A DNA stretch of 64,000 nt from an uncultured bacterium (GTDB taxonomy: Bacteria > Omnitrophota > Omnitrophia > Omnitrophales > Aquincolibacteriaceae), in assembly GCA_964434115.1 (NCBI GenBank), contig CAYSSX010000003.1, positions 12,554 to 76,553 on the forward strand, written 5' to 3'. The notes under the pieces are model-generated. The model was not told the DNA's origin. It did no database searches and saw only the letters and a program-made list of their open reading frames with translations. Below are positions 27,313 to 37,144 of the stretch, piece by piece. A program made the position numbers and the translations under genes. Within the stretch, counting starts at the first letter, position 1. Each line of letters begins with the position of its first letter.

Positions 27313-29430
27313 ATGAAGATTTTTCTTTCTCTCGTGAGTCTTTGCCTGACCGCGTTTTTTTCTTCACCTGTTCAGGCCGCGGCTTCTCACACAGAAGCCG
27401 AACTGATCGCGGAAGTCCGCTCCATTCAGCCGGGCACACCGTTCTGGACCGCCGTGCGTCTCAAAATGGATGACCGCTGGCATACGTATTGGAGAAACCC
27501 GGGAGACTCGGGTATTCCCACCGAAGTCCGCTGGAAACTTCCGGAAGGTTTTACGGCAGGACCGCTGGTTTGGCCCTACCCCCAAAAAGTCGACCTGCCG
27601 CCGCTTTCTGTTTATGCCTACGAAGGGGAGGTCCTTCTTCTGACCCGGATCACACCTTCTCAGGCCCTTGTGCCTGGGCAAAATCAAACCCTTCAAGCGC
27701 AAGTGTATTGGCTGGAATGCGAGGTCAACTGTATTCCGGGGGATGCCTTGCTGACGCTTGAGCTCCCTGTGAGAGTTGAGACACCGGAAACGGATGCCTC
27801 CCGGGTTGAAAGTTTTGCCCGTGCCCGCGCCCATGTACCTCTGGCTTCTTCAGAGTGGCAAGTGACGGCAGAGGGCAGCGAAAAGCAGATTCTTTTCCAC
27901 CTTAAACCACCCGGCGGCAATGCGTATAAAATCAGCGAAGTTTCATTTTTCCCGTACGATGAAAAATTGATCCAGCATTCCGTGCCGCAGCGTTTCCGTG
28001 AATCCTCAGGCGGGTACGAGATCCTGATTGAGCGTTCATCGCTTCAGCAGGGGATTCCCGAAAGGCTTCAGGGGATTCTTGTTTCAAAGGAAGGGTGGCG
28101 GGGCCAGGCTTCAGAGAAAGCCCTTGAGGTTGACCTGCCCCTTGAAAAAGCAGAAGGAGAAGACTGGGGAAATTTTCCCCAAGCGGGAACAACTTTTAGG
28201 ATAGCGCTTCTTTTTGCCTTCGCGGGCGGGCTTATTTTGAACCTCATGCCCTGTGTGTTTCCCGTGCTTTCGCTGAAGATCCTGCATTTTGTGGAGCAGG
28301 CCCGCGCCCATCGCACACACATTTTTCTGCAAGGCGTGATTTTTACGGCCGGGGTGCTTGTTTCATTTTGGATGCTTGCGGGTACGCTTATTTTTCTCCG
28401 CTCGGCAGGCCTTGAAATCGGCTGGGGCTTTCAGCTGCAATCACCCCCCTTTGTAATCTCGCTCGCGCTTCTTTTTTTTATTTTTGCGCTTAATCTTTTT
28501 GGAGTATTTGAGGCGGGGCTTTCCGTTTCCGGCGCCGCGGGAAAATCAAGCAGGCAGAGCGGAAAAATGGCTGTTTTTCTGAACGGAGTTTTGGCCACGG
28601 CCGTTGCGACGCCTTGTACCGCGCCGTTCATGGGGGCGGCGCTGGGCTTTGCCATAACGCGTCCCGCGTGGGAAGCCCTTTGTGTTTTTACATCTCTTGG
28701 ATTAGGAATGGCATCTCCGTATCTTTTTCTTTCCGCATTCCCACAATTCTTGAAAGCACTGCCAAAGCCAGGTCCCTGGATGGTCAAGCTTAAAAAATGG
28801 ATGGGCATCTTTCTGCTCATGACGGCGGCGTGGCTGGCATGGGTCTTAAGCGTTCAGTCGGGGCCGCCAGCTCTGCTGGGGCTGTCCGCCGGTTTTCTTT
28901 TTCTGGGTGCCGCGTGCTGGATTTACGGCGCTAAAATTCAACGCCCCGGGGCAAAACCGTTTTGGCGTTGGGCGGCAATCCTGACCCTTTCGTTAGGGGT
29001 GGGGATGTCTTATGCCGGGCTTTTGGGAAAGCGGCAAGCGGTCCAGGCTGAGGAAACTTTTTCTTCCGGATTGAAGTGGGAAAGATTTTCTGAAGCCCGG
29101 CTTTCCAGCCTTCTTGAGGAGGGGCATCCGGTGCTGATTGATTTTACGGCGGCGTGGTGTTTGACCTGCCAAGTGAATGAACGTACGGCCCTTGGCGCCG
29201 GGAAAGTGAAAGATCGGCTCATGTCAGAAAAAATTATTTTAATGAAGGCTGACTGGACTTCACGCGACGCCGCGATTACGAGGGCCTTGGCGGGGTATGG
29301 GCGGAGCAGCGTGCCGCTCTATGTGCTTTATGGCCGGGGTTCGACAGATCCGGTTTTCCTCCCGGAAATTCTGACGCCTTCGGGTGTCCTCGGTGTTTTG
29401 GATAAGGTTTTTCCCAAGAAAAGTGAATGA
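27313..29430 (+). CDS. dsbD: Thiol:disulfide interchange protein DsbD (N-terminal DsbD-alpha domain, TM core and C-terminal thioredoxin)
   Basis: A signal peptide is present. The TM-core cysteines (MPCVFPVLSLK and ATPCTAPFMGAALG) and the C-terminal thioredoxin CxxC (AAWCLTCQ) are all present. Confidence 0.85.
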   Translation: MKIFLSLVSLCLTAFFSSPVQAAASHTEAELIAEVRSIQPGTPFWTAVRLKMDDRWHTYWRNPGDSGIPTEVRWKLPEGFTAGPLVWPYPQKVDLPPLSVYAYEGEVLLLTRITPSQALVPGQNQTLQAQVYWLECEVNCIPGDALLTLELPVRVETPETDASRVESFARARAHVPLASSEWQVTAEGSEKQILFHLKPPGGNAYKISEVSFFPYDEKLIQHSVPQRFRESSGGYEILIERSSLQQGIPERLQGILVSKEGWRGQASEKALEVDLPLEKAEGEDWGNFPQAGTTFRIALLFAFAGGLILNLMPCVFPVLSLKILHFVEQARAHRTHIFLQGVIFTAGVLVSFWMLAGTLIFLRSAGLEIGWGFQLQSPPFVISLALLFFIFALNLFGVFEAGLSVSGAAGKSSRQSGKMAVFLNGVLATAVATPCTAPFMGAALGFAITRPAWEALCVFTSLGLGMASPYLFLSAFPQFLKALPKPGPWMVKLKKWMGIFLLMTAAWLAWVLSVQSGPPALLGLSAGFLFLGAACWIYGAKIQRPGAKPFWRWAAILTLSLGVGMSYAGLLGKRQAVQAEETFSSGLKWERFSEARLSSLLEEGHPVLIDFTAAWCLTCQVNERTALGAGKVKDRLMSEKIILMKADWTSRDAAITRALAGYGRSSVPLYVLYGRGSTDPVFLPEILTPSGVLGVLDKVFPKKSE

Positions 29431-29500
29431 AAGTAAAATACCCCCGTCTTACAAAGAATCTGAAAATGGAATTTTAAAAAATCCAAGAAGGAGAATTTTT

Positions 29501-30106
29501 ATGAAAAACATTTTGAAATTACTTACGTTTGCCGCACTGCTGCTTTTTTCCCATGCGGCGTATGCGCAGCTTGCTACCGGTGATGCGGCACCTGATTTTA
29601 CCCTGACCGATTCTCGGGGGGGAACGCATTCCCTTTCCGGAGAAAAGGGAAAGTACATTGTCCTTGAATGGACCAACCCCGATTGTCCTTTTGTAAAAAA
29701 ACATTATGGAAGCGGGAACATGCAGAGCCTGCAGGCAGAGTACACCGCCAAAGGGGTTGTTTGGTACTCCGTGGCTTCTTCCTCGGAAGGGAAGCAGGGG
29801 TTTTATTCAGGAGAGGAATGGAATGCGATTATTGAAAATCAAAAATCCTCCGCGTCCGCGGTGCTTTTGGATCCGGATGGAAAAGTGGGCAAGCTTTACG
29901 GCGCTCAAACAACGCCGCATATGTTTGTGATTAATCCGGAAGGAAAACTTATTTATCAGGGAGCCATTGACAGCGTGGCCTCGCCTAATCCGGCAGATAT
30001 CGGAGCCTCGGAAAATTACGTAAAAAAAGCTTTAGATGAATCCCTGTCGGGACAGAGCGTGACCACGCCTTCGTCCAAATCTTACGGCTGTTCTGTGAAA
30101 TATTAG
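29501..30106 (+). CDS. Secreted thioredoxin-fold (redoxin-family) protein
   Basis: ATG 29501 has AAGGAGA upstream. The product has a signal peptide (MKNILKLLTFAALLLFSHAAYA) and a thioredoxin-like fold with a single Cys in the WTNPDCPFV context. The ORF-track start at 29384 is probably over-extended. Confidence 0.55.
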   Translation: MKNILKLLTFAALLLFSHAAYAQLATGDAAPDFTLTDSRGGTHSLSGEKGKYIVLEWTNPDCPFVKKHYGSGNMQSLQAEYTAKGVVWYSVASSSEGKQGFYSGEEWNAIIENQKSSASAVLLDPDGKVGKLYGAQTTPHMFVINPEGKLIYQGAIDSVASPNPADIGASENYVKKALDESLSGQSVTTPSSKSYGCSVKY

Positions 30107-30128
30107 GCGCATTTTTTTTCTGCTGAAA

Positions 30129-30162
30129 GAGCCCGGCTTCTGATGAGGCCGGGCTTTTTTTT
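30129..30162 (+). terminator. Rho-independent terminator after the redoxin gene
   Basis: GCCCGGC-ttctgatgag-GCCGGGC is followed by TTTTTTTT. Confidence 0.65.
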
Positions 30163-30405
30163 ATCTCTTTTTTATCCCGTTCCAAACAGCGCTTGAACCC
30201 AGACCTCATTCCTAACATCCCTTTCTTTCATGACGTTCAAGCTTTCGGATTCCAGGCGGAATTATTTTCTGCAACCGCTCCATTTGAAAGGGGTTATGAA
30301 TTTTAAAAAAAAACCTTTTCGGGGGATGACGTTATTGCAAATGCGGGTGCTCAAAGGTATCTTCTAAGTAGAGAGTTTCGCAGGATTTCTCATATGGGGT
30401 GAGGG

Positions 30406-31365
30406 ATGAAAAACACGGCGGCGTTGGCCATTTTGGCCTTGTGCCTCGTTGCGGCGGGTTGCGCCCGGGTTGACCGGAAAGGCGTGATCAGCCAGGAGCT
30501 TCCCCTAACTGTGGACGATCTCGCTGAAATTCGCGCCGGTGAACTGAACCACGAAAAAGTCCTCGAAGATTTTGACCGCTACCAGAATCCAAAACTGGAA
30601 TCCTACCTGAACGAAGTGGCTAAAAATATTGCCGCAGTTTCAACGCGCCCCTCGCTTCCTTATAAAGTGATTATCCTGGAAGACGACGAGGTTAATATCT
30701 TTGGCGGGCCGGGCGGTTTCATTTACGTGACACGCGGGCTTTTGAACTTTGTGGGCTCGGAGGCCGAAATGGCCGGCCTCATCGCGCATGAGATCGGGCA
30801 CATTTCTCACCATGATTACTCCACGATTCCGCACCTTTCAAAGATGCAGCAAGTACACGGGGCCCTTCTGAAGGGGACTGAGCTGGCCCGCAACAGCGTG
30901 GGGACCTATGGCACCGCAGCCTATTACACGGTCAAATACTCTGGCAAGGTAGCGCCGTATCTGGGGCATCGTTTTGATGTGGACAGTGAAATTGTGGCGG
31001 ATGAACATGCCGTGAAATACCTGATGGACGCGGGGTATGATCCCCGCGGGCTTCAGACCTTTATGGACCGTCTGGCAAGGGTTCCGATGGACGATGTCGG
31101 GCGTTTTGTGACCTTTATGAATGTGCATCCGCCATTTCAGGACAGAAGAGAGCTGCTGGAAGAACGTTTGAAGGGTTTTAAGTTTGATGATGCCAAACTG
31201 GAATTCAAGCCCGACCGGCTGAGCGAGGTCAAACAGACGAGTTCGGACTCCGTGTCGTCCATTATTTTCACGCCTCAAAAGGGTGTTCATCATATTGCGC
31301 CCCTTGCCCTTGAAGACTTTGGCGCGGATTCGATGAAATCATTTCCGGATCATTCCGGCGCCTAA
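30406..31365 (+). CDS. M48-family zinc metallopeptidase, lipoprotein
   Basis: The lipobox is LVAAGCARV and the zinc motif is IAHEIGHISHHD. It is a paralog of the partial gene at 1..447. Confidence 0.8.
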   Translation: MKNTAALAILALCLVAAGCARVDRKGVISQELPLTVDDLAEIRAGELNHEKVLEDFDRYQNPKLESYLNEVAKNIAAVSTRPSLPYKVIILEDDEVNIFGGPGGFIYVTRGLLNFVGSEAEMAGLIAHEIGHISHHDYSTIPHLSKMQQVHGALLKGTELARNSVGTYGTAAYYTVKYSGKVAPYLGHRFDVDSEIVADEHAVKYLMDAGYDPRGLQTFMDRLARVPMDDVGRFVTFMNVHPPFQDRRELLEERLKGFKFDDAKLEFKPDRLSEVKQTSSDSVSSIIFTPQKGVHHIAPLALEDFGADSMKSFPDHSGA

Positions 31366-31412
31366 GCAAGTTCCGCTTTTCATCCCGTGAGATCTCGGTT
31401 ATATTCCCGGTC

Positions 31413-32300
31413 ATGAAAATTTCCGAATTTTATAAAAAGGGAGCGCGCACTTTTTCCTTTGAGTTTTTCCCGCCCAAGACAGAAGAGGGCGAGGCAAAAC
31501 TTTTTGATACGATCCGTGAACTGAAAAGGCTGGAGCCTTCATTTGTGTCTGTAACCTATGGCGCGATGGGAACCACCCGCCAAAACACCCTTCGCATTGT
31601 TTCCAAAGTGCGGTCAGAGCTTGGAATCGAGTCGGCCGCGCATTTAACCTGTGTGGGCCATACCCGGGATGAGATTGCCGCGATCCTCCGCGATCTCAAG
31701 GCTCGCGGGGTCAGCAATCTTGTGGCTTTGCGGGGTGATCCTCCGAAGGGAGAAACGGAATTCCGTCCCGTTCCGGGAGGTTTTCATTATGCCGCAGAGA
31801 TGGTTCGCTTTATCCGGGGAGAAGCGGAGTTTCGCGACGCCTTTTCTTTGGCCGTTGCGGGGTATCCGGAAACGCACGTGGAGTGCCGTGACCGCGTGAA
31901 AGATCTTGAGCACTTAAAACAAAAAGTGGATGCCGGCGCGGATCTCATCGTGACGCAGCTTTTTTTTGATAACCGTGATTTTTTTGATTTTGTCGACCGC
32001 GCCAGGCGGGCCGGAATCGTCATCCCGATCGTGGCAGGCATTATGCCCGTGACCCATGGCCCCCAGATTGAAAGGTTTGCTCAGATGTGCGGCGCAAAGG
32101 TTCCTCAGGAGATGAGGGACGCCATTTCGCGTTTGGGAGACGACCAGGCGGCCGTTGAAGCTTACGGTATTGATTTTGCAACGCGGCAGTGCGCCGGGCT
32201 CTTAAAAGAGGGCGTTGCCGGCATCCATTTTTACACCCTCAACAAGTCCCGCGCGACACTTGAAATTTATCAAAATTTAGGACTTGCCAAATTGCGCTAA
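31413..32300 (+). CDS. metF: 5,10-methylenetetrahydrofolate reductase
   Basis: SFEFFPPKT, VSVTYGAMGTTR and LTCVGHTR are MetF motifs. Confidence 0.9.
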   Translation: MKISEFYKKGARTFSFEFFPPKTEEGEAKLFDTIRELKRLEPSFVSVTYGAMGTTRQNTLRIVSKVRSELGIESAAHLTCVGHTRDEIAAILRDLKARGVSNLVALRGDPPKGETEFRPVPGGFHYAAEMVRFIRGEAEFRDAFSLAVAGYPETHVECRDRVKDLEHLKQKVDAGADLIVTQLFFDNRDFFDFVDRARRAGIVIPIVAGIMPVTHGPQIERFAQMCGAKVPQEMRDAISRLGDDQAAVEAYGIDFATRQCAGLLKEGVAGIHFYTLNKSRATLEIYQNLGLAKLR

Positions 32301-32557
32301 TTTAAGCAAAATTATGTCACTAGCAAGCGTCAGCGCGCAATTTTTTCTTTATCAAGTCTAAGGGTGACCATGCAGACCCTGATCCGAAAAAACAGAGCGC
32401 TTCAGAATTTAGTTTTTTTCCCGCCGTATTGTTTTCTCTTTTCGAGCAGCTTAAATCCTGAAACCACCCAAACCACAGGAGGTTTTTTTTAAGCGCCTTT
32501 TTTTCTGCGAGGCCGGATTTTCGGCTAAGCATAACCCCCCAAAGAAAGGACACCGCT

Positions 32558-32974
32558 TTGGAATCGAGCCATCAGCTTAAGATGTTTACGCTTCAGGAAG
32601 CGAATGAACTGATCCCCCGGCTCAATGAGTTAATCGAAAAGTTAAAAAGCAAAAGAGATGAGATCTCCTTTCTTGAAATGGAGATCGATGTTTTAGAACT
32701 CTTAAACCAGTCAGCCTCTGACAGGGCTTCTGAGAACCCGGTCGAAGGGAAACTCCAAGAATACGAAAAATCAGTGAACGAATTTTATTCGCTCATTGAG
32801 GAAGTCCATGGCACGGGCTGCTTTTTGAAGAATATTGAAAGCGGCCTTGTGGATTTTTACACTGTTTACAAGGGCCGTGTTGTTTATCTCTGCTGGTGTT
32901 TCGGAGAACCCGAAATCACAAGCTGGCATGATATCGGACGCGGTTACGGGGCCCGGCAGCCGCTGGACCTTTAA
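32558..32974 (+). CDS. Hypothetical protein (DUF2203-like)
   Basis: A 138 aa product beginning MFTLQEANELIPRLNELIEKL. Its size and pattern resemble DUF2203. Confidence 0.45.
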   Translation: MESSHQLKMFTLQEANELIPRLNELIEKLKSKRDEISFLEMEIDVLELLNQSASDRASENPVEGKLQEYEKSVNEFYSLIEEVHGTGCFLKNIESGLVDFYTVYKGRVVYLCWCFGEPEITSWHDIGRGYGARQPLDL

Positions 32975-33057
32975 AAATCAAACTTTCTGTTCAGCCGTTT
33001 GCTGAGGGCGCACTTCCCCTAAAGGCTCAGTAATCGCATGAATCTCAAGGAGGAAGT

Positions 33058-33522
33058 ATGCCGCTTAAAGAAGGTGAGAAAGCCCCTGCCTTTAACCTGC
33101 CCGCAGGAGATGGTGCATCGGTCAAACTAGCCGATTATAAAGGGAAAAAGGTCGTTCTTTACTTCTATCCCAAAGACAACACCCCTGGCTGTACTCAGGA
33201 AGCGTGTGATTTTCAGGCCTCCCTTAAAGCCTTTCAATCAAAAGGCGCTGTGGTTTTGGGGGTTAGCGCCGATCCCTTGAAAGCCCACTCTAAATTCGCT
33301 GAAAAGTACAAGCTTTCTTTCCCGCTTCTTAGTGACGAATCGACCGAAACCCTTCAAAAATATGGGGTTTGGAAAGAAAAGTCCATGTACGGCAAGAAGT
33401 TTATGGGGGTCGAACGGACCACCGTCATTATTGATAAAGCAGGGCAGGTTCGGAAGATTTTCCCGAAAGTTAAAGTCGCGGGCCATACCCAAGAGGTTTT
33501 GGCATCATTAGATGAGATCTGA
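33058..33522 (+). CDS. bcp: Peroxiredoxin Bcp (thiol peroxidase)
   Basis: VVLYFYPKDNTPGCTQEACDF is the Bcp peroxidatic Cys motif. Confidence 0.9.
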   Translation: MPLKEGEKAPAFNLPAGDGASVKLADYKGKKVVLYFYPKDNTPGCTQEACDFQASLKAFQSKGAVVLGVSADPLKAHSKFAEKYKLSFPLLSDESTETLQKYGVWKEKSMYGKKFMGVERTTVIIDKAGQVRKIFPKVKVAGHTQEVLASLDEI

Positions 33523-33553
33523 GGCCTGAGCGGTTAGCCGGCCTAAAAAGTGC

Positions 33554-33581
33554 TTGCCCGGTAAACGGATTTTGCTATAAT
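33554..33581 (+). promoter_or_regulatory. Candidate sigma-70 promoter for the rpsB-tsf-pyrH-frr operon
   Basis: TTGCCC at 33554..33559, a 16 nt spacer and TATAAT at 33576..33581. It lies about 140 nt upstream of the rpsB start, leaving a structured leader. Confidence 0.45.
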
Positions 33582-33720
33582 GACGCCCCAATAAAAGATG
33601 CCCTTCGTGTATGCCTTCGGTGTCTCTCTACGGGATTGCTGTCAGGTCTTTTAATCGATTGCGGCAAGCGGCCTGACATGCCGTATCAATTTTTCAAAAA
33701 ATTTAAGGGAGTCGTGAATC

Positions 33721-34650
33721 TTGGCGGACATAACCATTAAACAATTACTGGAAGCAGGAGTACATTTCGGTCATCAAACGCAGCGGTGGAATCCGAAGAT
33801 GAAGAAGTATATCTTCGGAGAGCGTAACGGGATTTATATTATCAATCTCGAAATTACGCTGGAATTCCTTAAAAAGGGTGTGGAGTACGTCCGCAACCTG
33901 ACGCGCGAAGGTAAGGAAATCCTTTTTGTAGGCACTAAACGCCAGGCCCAAGATTGCATCCGGGAAGCCTCGGAAGCCTGTGAAATGCCTTACGTGAACC
34001 AGCGCTGGCTGGGCGGCATGCTCACGAACTTCGAGACGATCCGCAAATCCCTTGTGCGTCTTGAAAACATCGACCGCATGGAACAAGACGGCAGCTTTCA
34101 GTACATCACGAAAAAAGAAGTGGGATCGATTAAAAAAGAGCGTGAAAAGCTCGAGAAGAATCTTTGCGGTATCCGCTTGATGAAGCGCATTCCCTCGGCG
34201 ATTTTTGTCATTGATGCGAAGAAGGAAGAAATCGCGATTTACGAAGCCCGTAAATTAGGGATTCCCGTTGTCGCCGTGCTAGATACCAATTGCGATCCCG
34301 ATCTTGTGGATTATGGATTTCCCGGCAACGACGATGCGATCCGCTCCATTAAGCTTTTCTGCGGGGCTATTGCGCAGGCGGCCAGAGAAGGCCGTGATGA
34401 ATTTAAGAAGAAAATCGCTGATCAGGAAGCCCGCCGTGCTAAAGAGCAGGATGATGTTGATGCTGCAAAGGCTGCCGCAGCAGCCGCTGAAGCAGTGACT
34501 GGTTCAGATCAGGCCGAGGAAGCTTTGGTTCCCGCATTTCCGCAGGAAATTGTGGTTGAGGAAGTTGAGCAGAAGTTCGCCAAGACAGCTTTGACGGACG
34601 AAGAAAAGCTCGCGAAACTCGCCAAGCCTAAAAAGCCCGTCCGCAAATAA
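33721..34650 (+). CDS. rpsB: 30S ribosomal protein S2
   Basis: [26 protein letters not shown]. The apparent start is TTG at 33721. Confidence 0.9.
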   Translation: MADITIKQLLEAGVHFGHQTQRWNPKMKKYIFGERNGIYIINLEITLEFLKKGVEYVRNLTREGKEILFVGTKRQAQDCIREASEACEMPYVNQRWLGGMLTNFETIRKSLVRLENIDRMEQDGSFQYITKKEVGSIKKEREKLEKNLCGIRLMKRIPSAIFVIDAKKEEIAIYEARKLGIPVVAVLDTNCDPDLVDYGFPGNDDAIRSIKLFCGAIAQAAREGRDEFKKKIADQEARRAKEQDDVDAAKAAAAAAEAVTGSDQAEEALVPAFPQEIVVEEVEQKFAKTALTDEEKLAKLAKPKKPVRK

Positions 34651-34690
34651 TTCGAGCGGAAATTAATTCAAGAAAGAGGAAAGCACCGCA

Positions 34691-35299
34691 ATGCCTATGA
34701 GCGCTGAGACTGATGCAAAGAACAATCTTGTAAAGCTTCGTGAACTTACCGGAGCCGGAATGATGGAGTGCAAAAAAGCCCTTGATGAAGCGAAGGGAGA
34801 TTTGCAGGAAGCCCAGAAAATCATCCGCAAAAAGGGTCTTGATATTGCCAAGAAAAAATCCACCCGTGAAGTGAAGGAAGGCCAGATCATTTCCTATATC
34901 CATTCGGGCGGCAAACTGGGCGTTCTCCTCGAGATTAACTGCGAAACAGACTTCGTTGCCAAAAATGACACATTCCAGGCGTTTGCCAAGGATGTTGCCA
35001 TGCAGATCGCTGCAGGATTTCCTCTTTATGTAGACGAGCAGGGAATTCCTGCTGCGGAGCTTGAAAAAGAGAAGGAAGTTTTCCGCAGTCAGGTCGCGGG
35101 AAAACCGCAGGATGTTCAGGAGAAGATTATTCAGGGAAAGCTTACGAAGCGCTTTGAAGAAATTTGTCTTCTGCATCAGAAATTCATTAAAGACGATTCA
35201 AAGACTATTCAGGATTATCTGAATGAAATGATTGCCAAGATCGGCGAGAACATTGTGATTCGCCGGTTTGTCCGTTACGAAGTCGGCAGTTCCATTTAA
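34691..35299 (+). CDS. tsf: Elongation factor Ts
   Basis: [16 protein letters not shown] and [10 protein letters not shown] are EF-Ts signatures. Confidence 0.9.
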   Translation: MPMSAETDAKNNLVKLRELTGAGMMECKKALDEAKGDLQEAQKIIRKKGLDIAKKKSTREVKEGQIISYIHSGGKLGVLLEINCETDFVAKNDTFQAFAKDVAMQIAAGFPLYVDEQGIPAAELEKEKEVFRSQVAGKPQDVQEKIIQGKLTKRFEEICLLHQKFIKDDSKTIQDYLNEMIAKIGENIVIRRFVRYEVGSSI

Positions 35300-35376
35300 A
35301 CGTTTTTCGGATCCGGAGAAGCGGCCTCGTTTCTCCGGGAGTCCTTCCTCAGCAGTATCACAACCCAAGTCACGTC

Positions 35377-36111
35377 ATGGCAGCACGCGCAGCAAATAAA
35401 CGCATCGCATACAAGAGAGTCCTTCTGAAGCTTTCAGGTGAAGCGCTTCAGGGGCGTCTCGGCTATGGCGTGGACCCCAAAGTTGCCTCCAGTATTGCCC
35501 AACAGATCAAGGAAGTTTATCAACTCGGAACCGATCTGGCGATTGTGATTGGCGGAGGGAACATTTTCCGCGGGCTTCAGGGGGCCGAAGCGGGAATGGA
35601 CCGTTCGACAGCGGATTACATCGGGATGCTTGCCACCCTTATTAATTCCATGGTTCTTCAGGAAGCTCTTGAGAAAATCGGGGTTCCGACACGTGTTCAA
35701 TCCGCCATTGATGTCCACAAGCTGGCTGAGCCGTATATCCGCCGCCGGGCGATGCGCCACATGGAAAAAAAACGTGTGGTCATTTTTGCCGCGGGCACGG
35801 GCAATCCTTATTTTACGACTGACACGGCGGCTGTCCTTCGCGCGGTTGAAATTGATGCGGATGTCATTTTGAAAGCGACTAAAGTGGACGGCGTTTATAC
35901 GAGCGACCCCGTGAAAGACAAGAAGGCTAAGAAGTATGAGCATCTTCCTTTTATGGAAGCCCTCCGGAAGCGTCTGCGGGTTATGGATGCCACGGCTATT
36001 TCGCTTTGCATGGAAAACGATCTTCCGATTATTGTTTTTGATATGAATCAAGCAGGCAATATCCGCCGGGTTATTCAGGGCGAAAAAATAGGGACTCTTG
36101 TTCACTCTTAA
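35377..36111 (+). CDS. pyrH: UMP kinase
   Basis: [23 protein letters not shown] and [12 protein letters not shown] are PyrH signatures. Confidence 0.9.
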   Translation: MAARAANKRIAYKRVLLKLSGEALQGRLGYGVDPKVASSIAQQIKEVYQLGTDLAIVIGGGNIFRGLQGAEAGMDRSTADYIGMLATLINSMVLQEALEKIGVPTRVQSAIDVHKLAEPYIRRRAMRHMEKKRVVIFAAGTGNPYFTTDTAAVLRAVEIDADVILKATKVDGVYTSDPVKDKKAKKYEHLPFMEALRKRLRVMDATAISLCMENDLPIIVFDMNQAGNIRRVIQGEKIGTLVHS

Positions 36112-36156
36112 TTTGGATGCGAACCCTAAAAGGTCTTTCACCTGGAGGGAAAAAGT

Positions 36157-36729
36157 ATGACCACGACGACCGACTCAAGAAAAATTGTTGATGATATGCA
36201 GAAAAACATGGCGAGGGCTGTGGATGCCACCCGGAAAGAATTTAAAAACATCCGGACCGGCCGGGCGTCTATCGCTCTGGTGGAAGGTGTGATCGTGAAC
36301 TATTACGACACGCCCACTCCGCTCAAGGGGCTTGCGAATATTTCAACGCCAGATCCGAAGACAATCATGATCACTCCTTGGGATGTTTCGGGAATTGCCG
36401 AAATTGAAAAGGCGATTATGAAATCCGATCTTGGTTTGAATCCGATGAATGACGGCAAGGTGGTGCGCATTCAAATTCCCTCGTTGACCGAAGAGCGCCG
36501 TGAAGAGCTGACGAAGGTGATCCGGCGCGTTGCGGAAGAGGGCCGTGTTTCAGTGCGCAACTCAAGACATGAGGCCATCGAGCAGATTAAGAAGCTTGAA
36601 AAATCCAAGGTTCTTGCGGAAGATCTGTCGCATGCGGCTCAGAAGGAAATCCAAAAATTCACGGATAAATTTGTCTCAGAAGTGGATGATGCTCTGAAAC
36701 ATAAAGAGCAGGAAATACACGTTATTTAG
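36157..36729 (+). CDS. frr: Ribosome recycling factor
   Basis: A typical 190 aa RRF (NIRTGRASIALVEGV..VRIQIPSLTEERR). Confidence 0.9.
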   Translation: MTTTTDSRKIVDDMQKNMARAVDATRKEFKNIRTGRASIALVEGVIVNYYDTPTPLKGLANISTPDPKTIMITPWDVSGIAEIEKAIMKSDLGLNPMNDGKVVRIQIPSLTEERREELTKVIRRVAEEGRVSVRNSRHEAIEQIKKLEKSKVLAEDLSHAAQKEIQKFTDKFVSEVDDALKHKEQEIHVI

Positions 36730-36734
36730 TTTTA

Positions 36735-36807
36735 GAGCCCGTAGCTCAGGTGGTAGAGCACATCCCTTTTAAGGATGGTGTCGATGGTTCGAATCCATCC
36801 GGGCTCA
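36735..36807 (+). tRNA. tRNA-Lys (anticodon UUU)
   Basis: A manual cloverleaf fits: acceptor GAGCCCG/CGGGCTC, D-arm GCTC-AGGTGGTA-GAGC, anticodon stem CATCC/GGATG with loop CTTTTAA (anticodon TTT), T-arm GATGG-TTCGAAT-CCATC and discriminator A. Confidence 0.85.
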
Positions 36808-36938
36808 CAAAAGTAAAACCCAACCCAGTGAGGGTTGGGTTTTTTTTTGCCTGAAAAGTGGTGGATTCGAACAGGAGTAGCGGCGCCCAAGAAAAAGGAG
36901 CACCGCCGGTGCGACTTCCATGCGACGGTACGGGGGGC
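36789..36938 (+). repeat. Direct repeat copy 1 (about 150 bp) comprising the last 19 nt of tRNA-Lys, the terminator and about 90 bp downstream
   Basis: It is nearly identical to 36995..37144, with 2-3 mismatches at an offset of 206 bp. Confidence 0.85.
36817..36849 (+). terminator. Rho-independent terminator after tRNA-Lys
   Basis: AACCCAACCC-agtga-GGGTTGGGTT is followed by TTTTTTTTT. The element is duplicated at 37023..37055 inside repeat copy 2. Confidence 0.7.
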
Positions 36939-36994
36939 CGACCGGAGGACGAAAGTTCGAGCGAAGCCGAGAACTGTTTTGAGTCCAAAGGCGC

Positions 36995-37144
36995 TCGAAT
37001 CCATCCGGGCTCACAAAAGTAAAACCCAACCCAGTGAGGGTTGGGTTTTTTTTTGCCTGAAAAGTGGTGGATTCGAACAGGAGTAGCGGCGCCCAAGAAA
37101 AAGGAGCACCGCCGGTGCGACTTCCATGCGGCGGTAAGGGGGGA
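36995..37144 (+). repeat. Direct repeat copy 2 (duplicated tRNA-Lys 3' end and terminator, att-like)
   Basis: tcgaatccatccgggctcacaaaagtaaaacccaacccagtgagggttgggttttttttt...cttccatgcggcggtaagggggg repeats copy 1. Confidence 0.85.

Noticed and set aside
32301-32557. ORF 32320..32553 (-) of 77 aa, and a possible riboswitch in the metF to DUF2203 intergenic region
   Set aside because: The ORF has no RBS or coding signal. The region is downstream of metF, which is the wrong position for a SAM riboswitch, and I could not draw a conserved structure.
34628-36141. Minus-strand ORFs 34628..35176 and 35434..36141 over tsf and pyrH
   Set aside because: They are antisense to universally conserved tsf and pyrH, so they are artefacts.
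36850-36945. Possible minus-strand tRNA-like element in the repeat, suggested by a GGTTCGAATCC-like string (cctgTTCGAATCCacc)
   Set aside because: The T-stem and acceptor pairing cannot be formed (TCCTG cannot pair with CCACC), so no cloverleaf can be drawn. It is probably a chance match or a decayed fragment.
36789-37144. Considered a CRISPR array or minisatellite
   Set aside because: There are only two copies of a 150-bp unit, 206 bp apart, and it contains a tRNA 3' end. This is not the 25-40 bp repeat with unique spacers that defines a CRISPR array.
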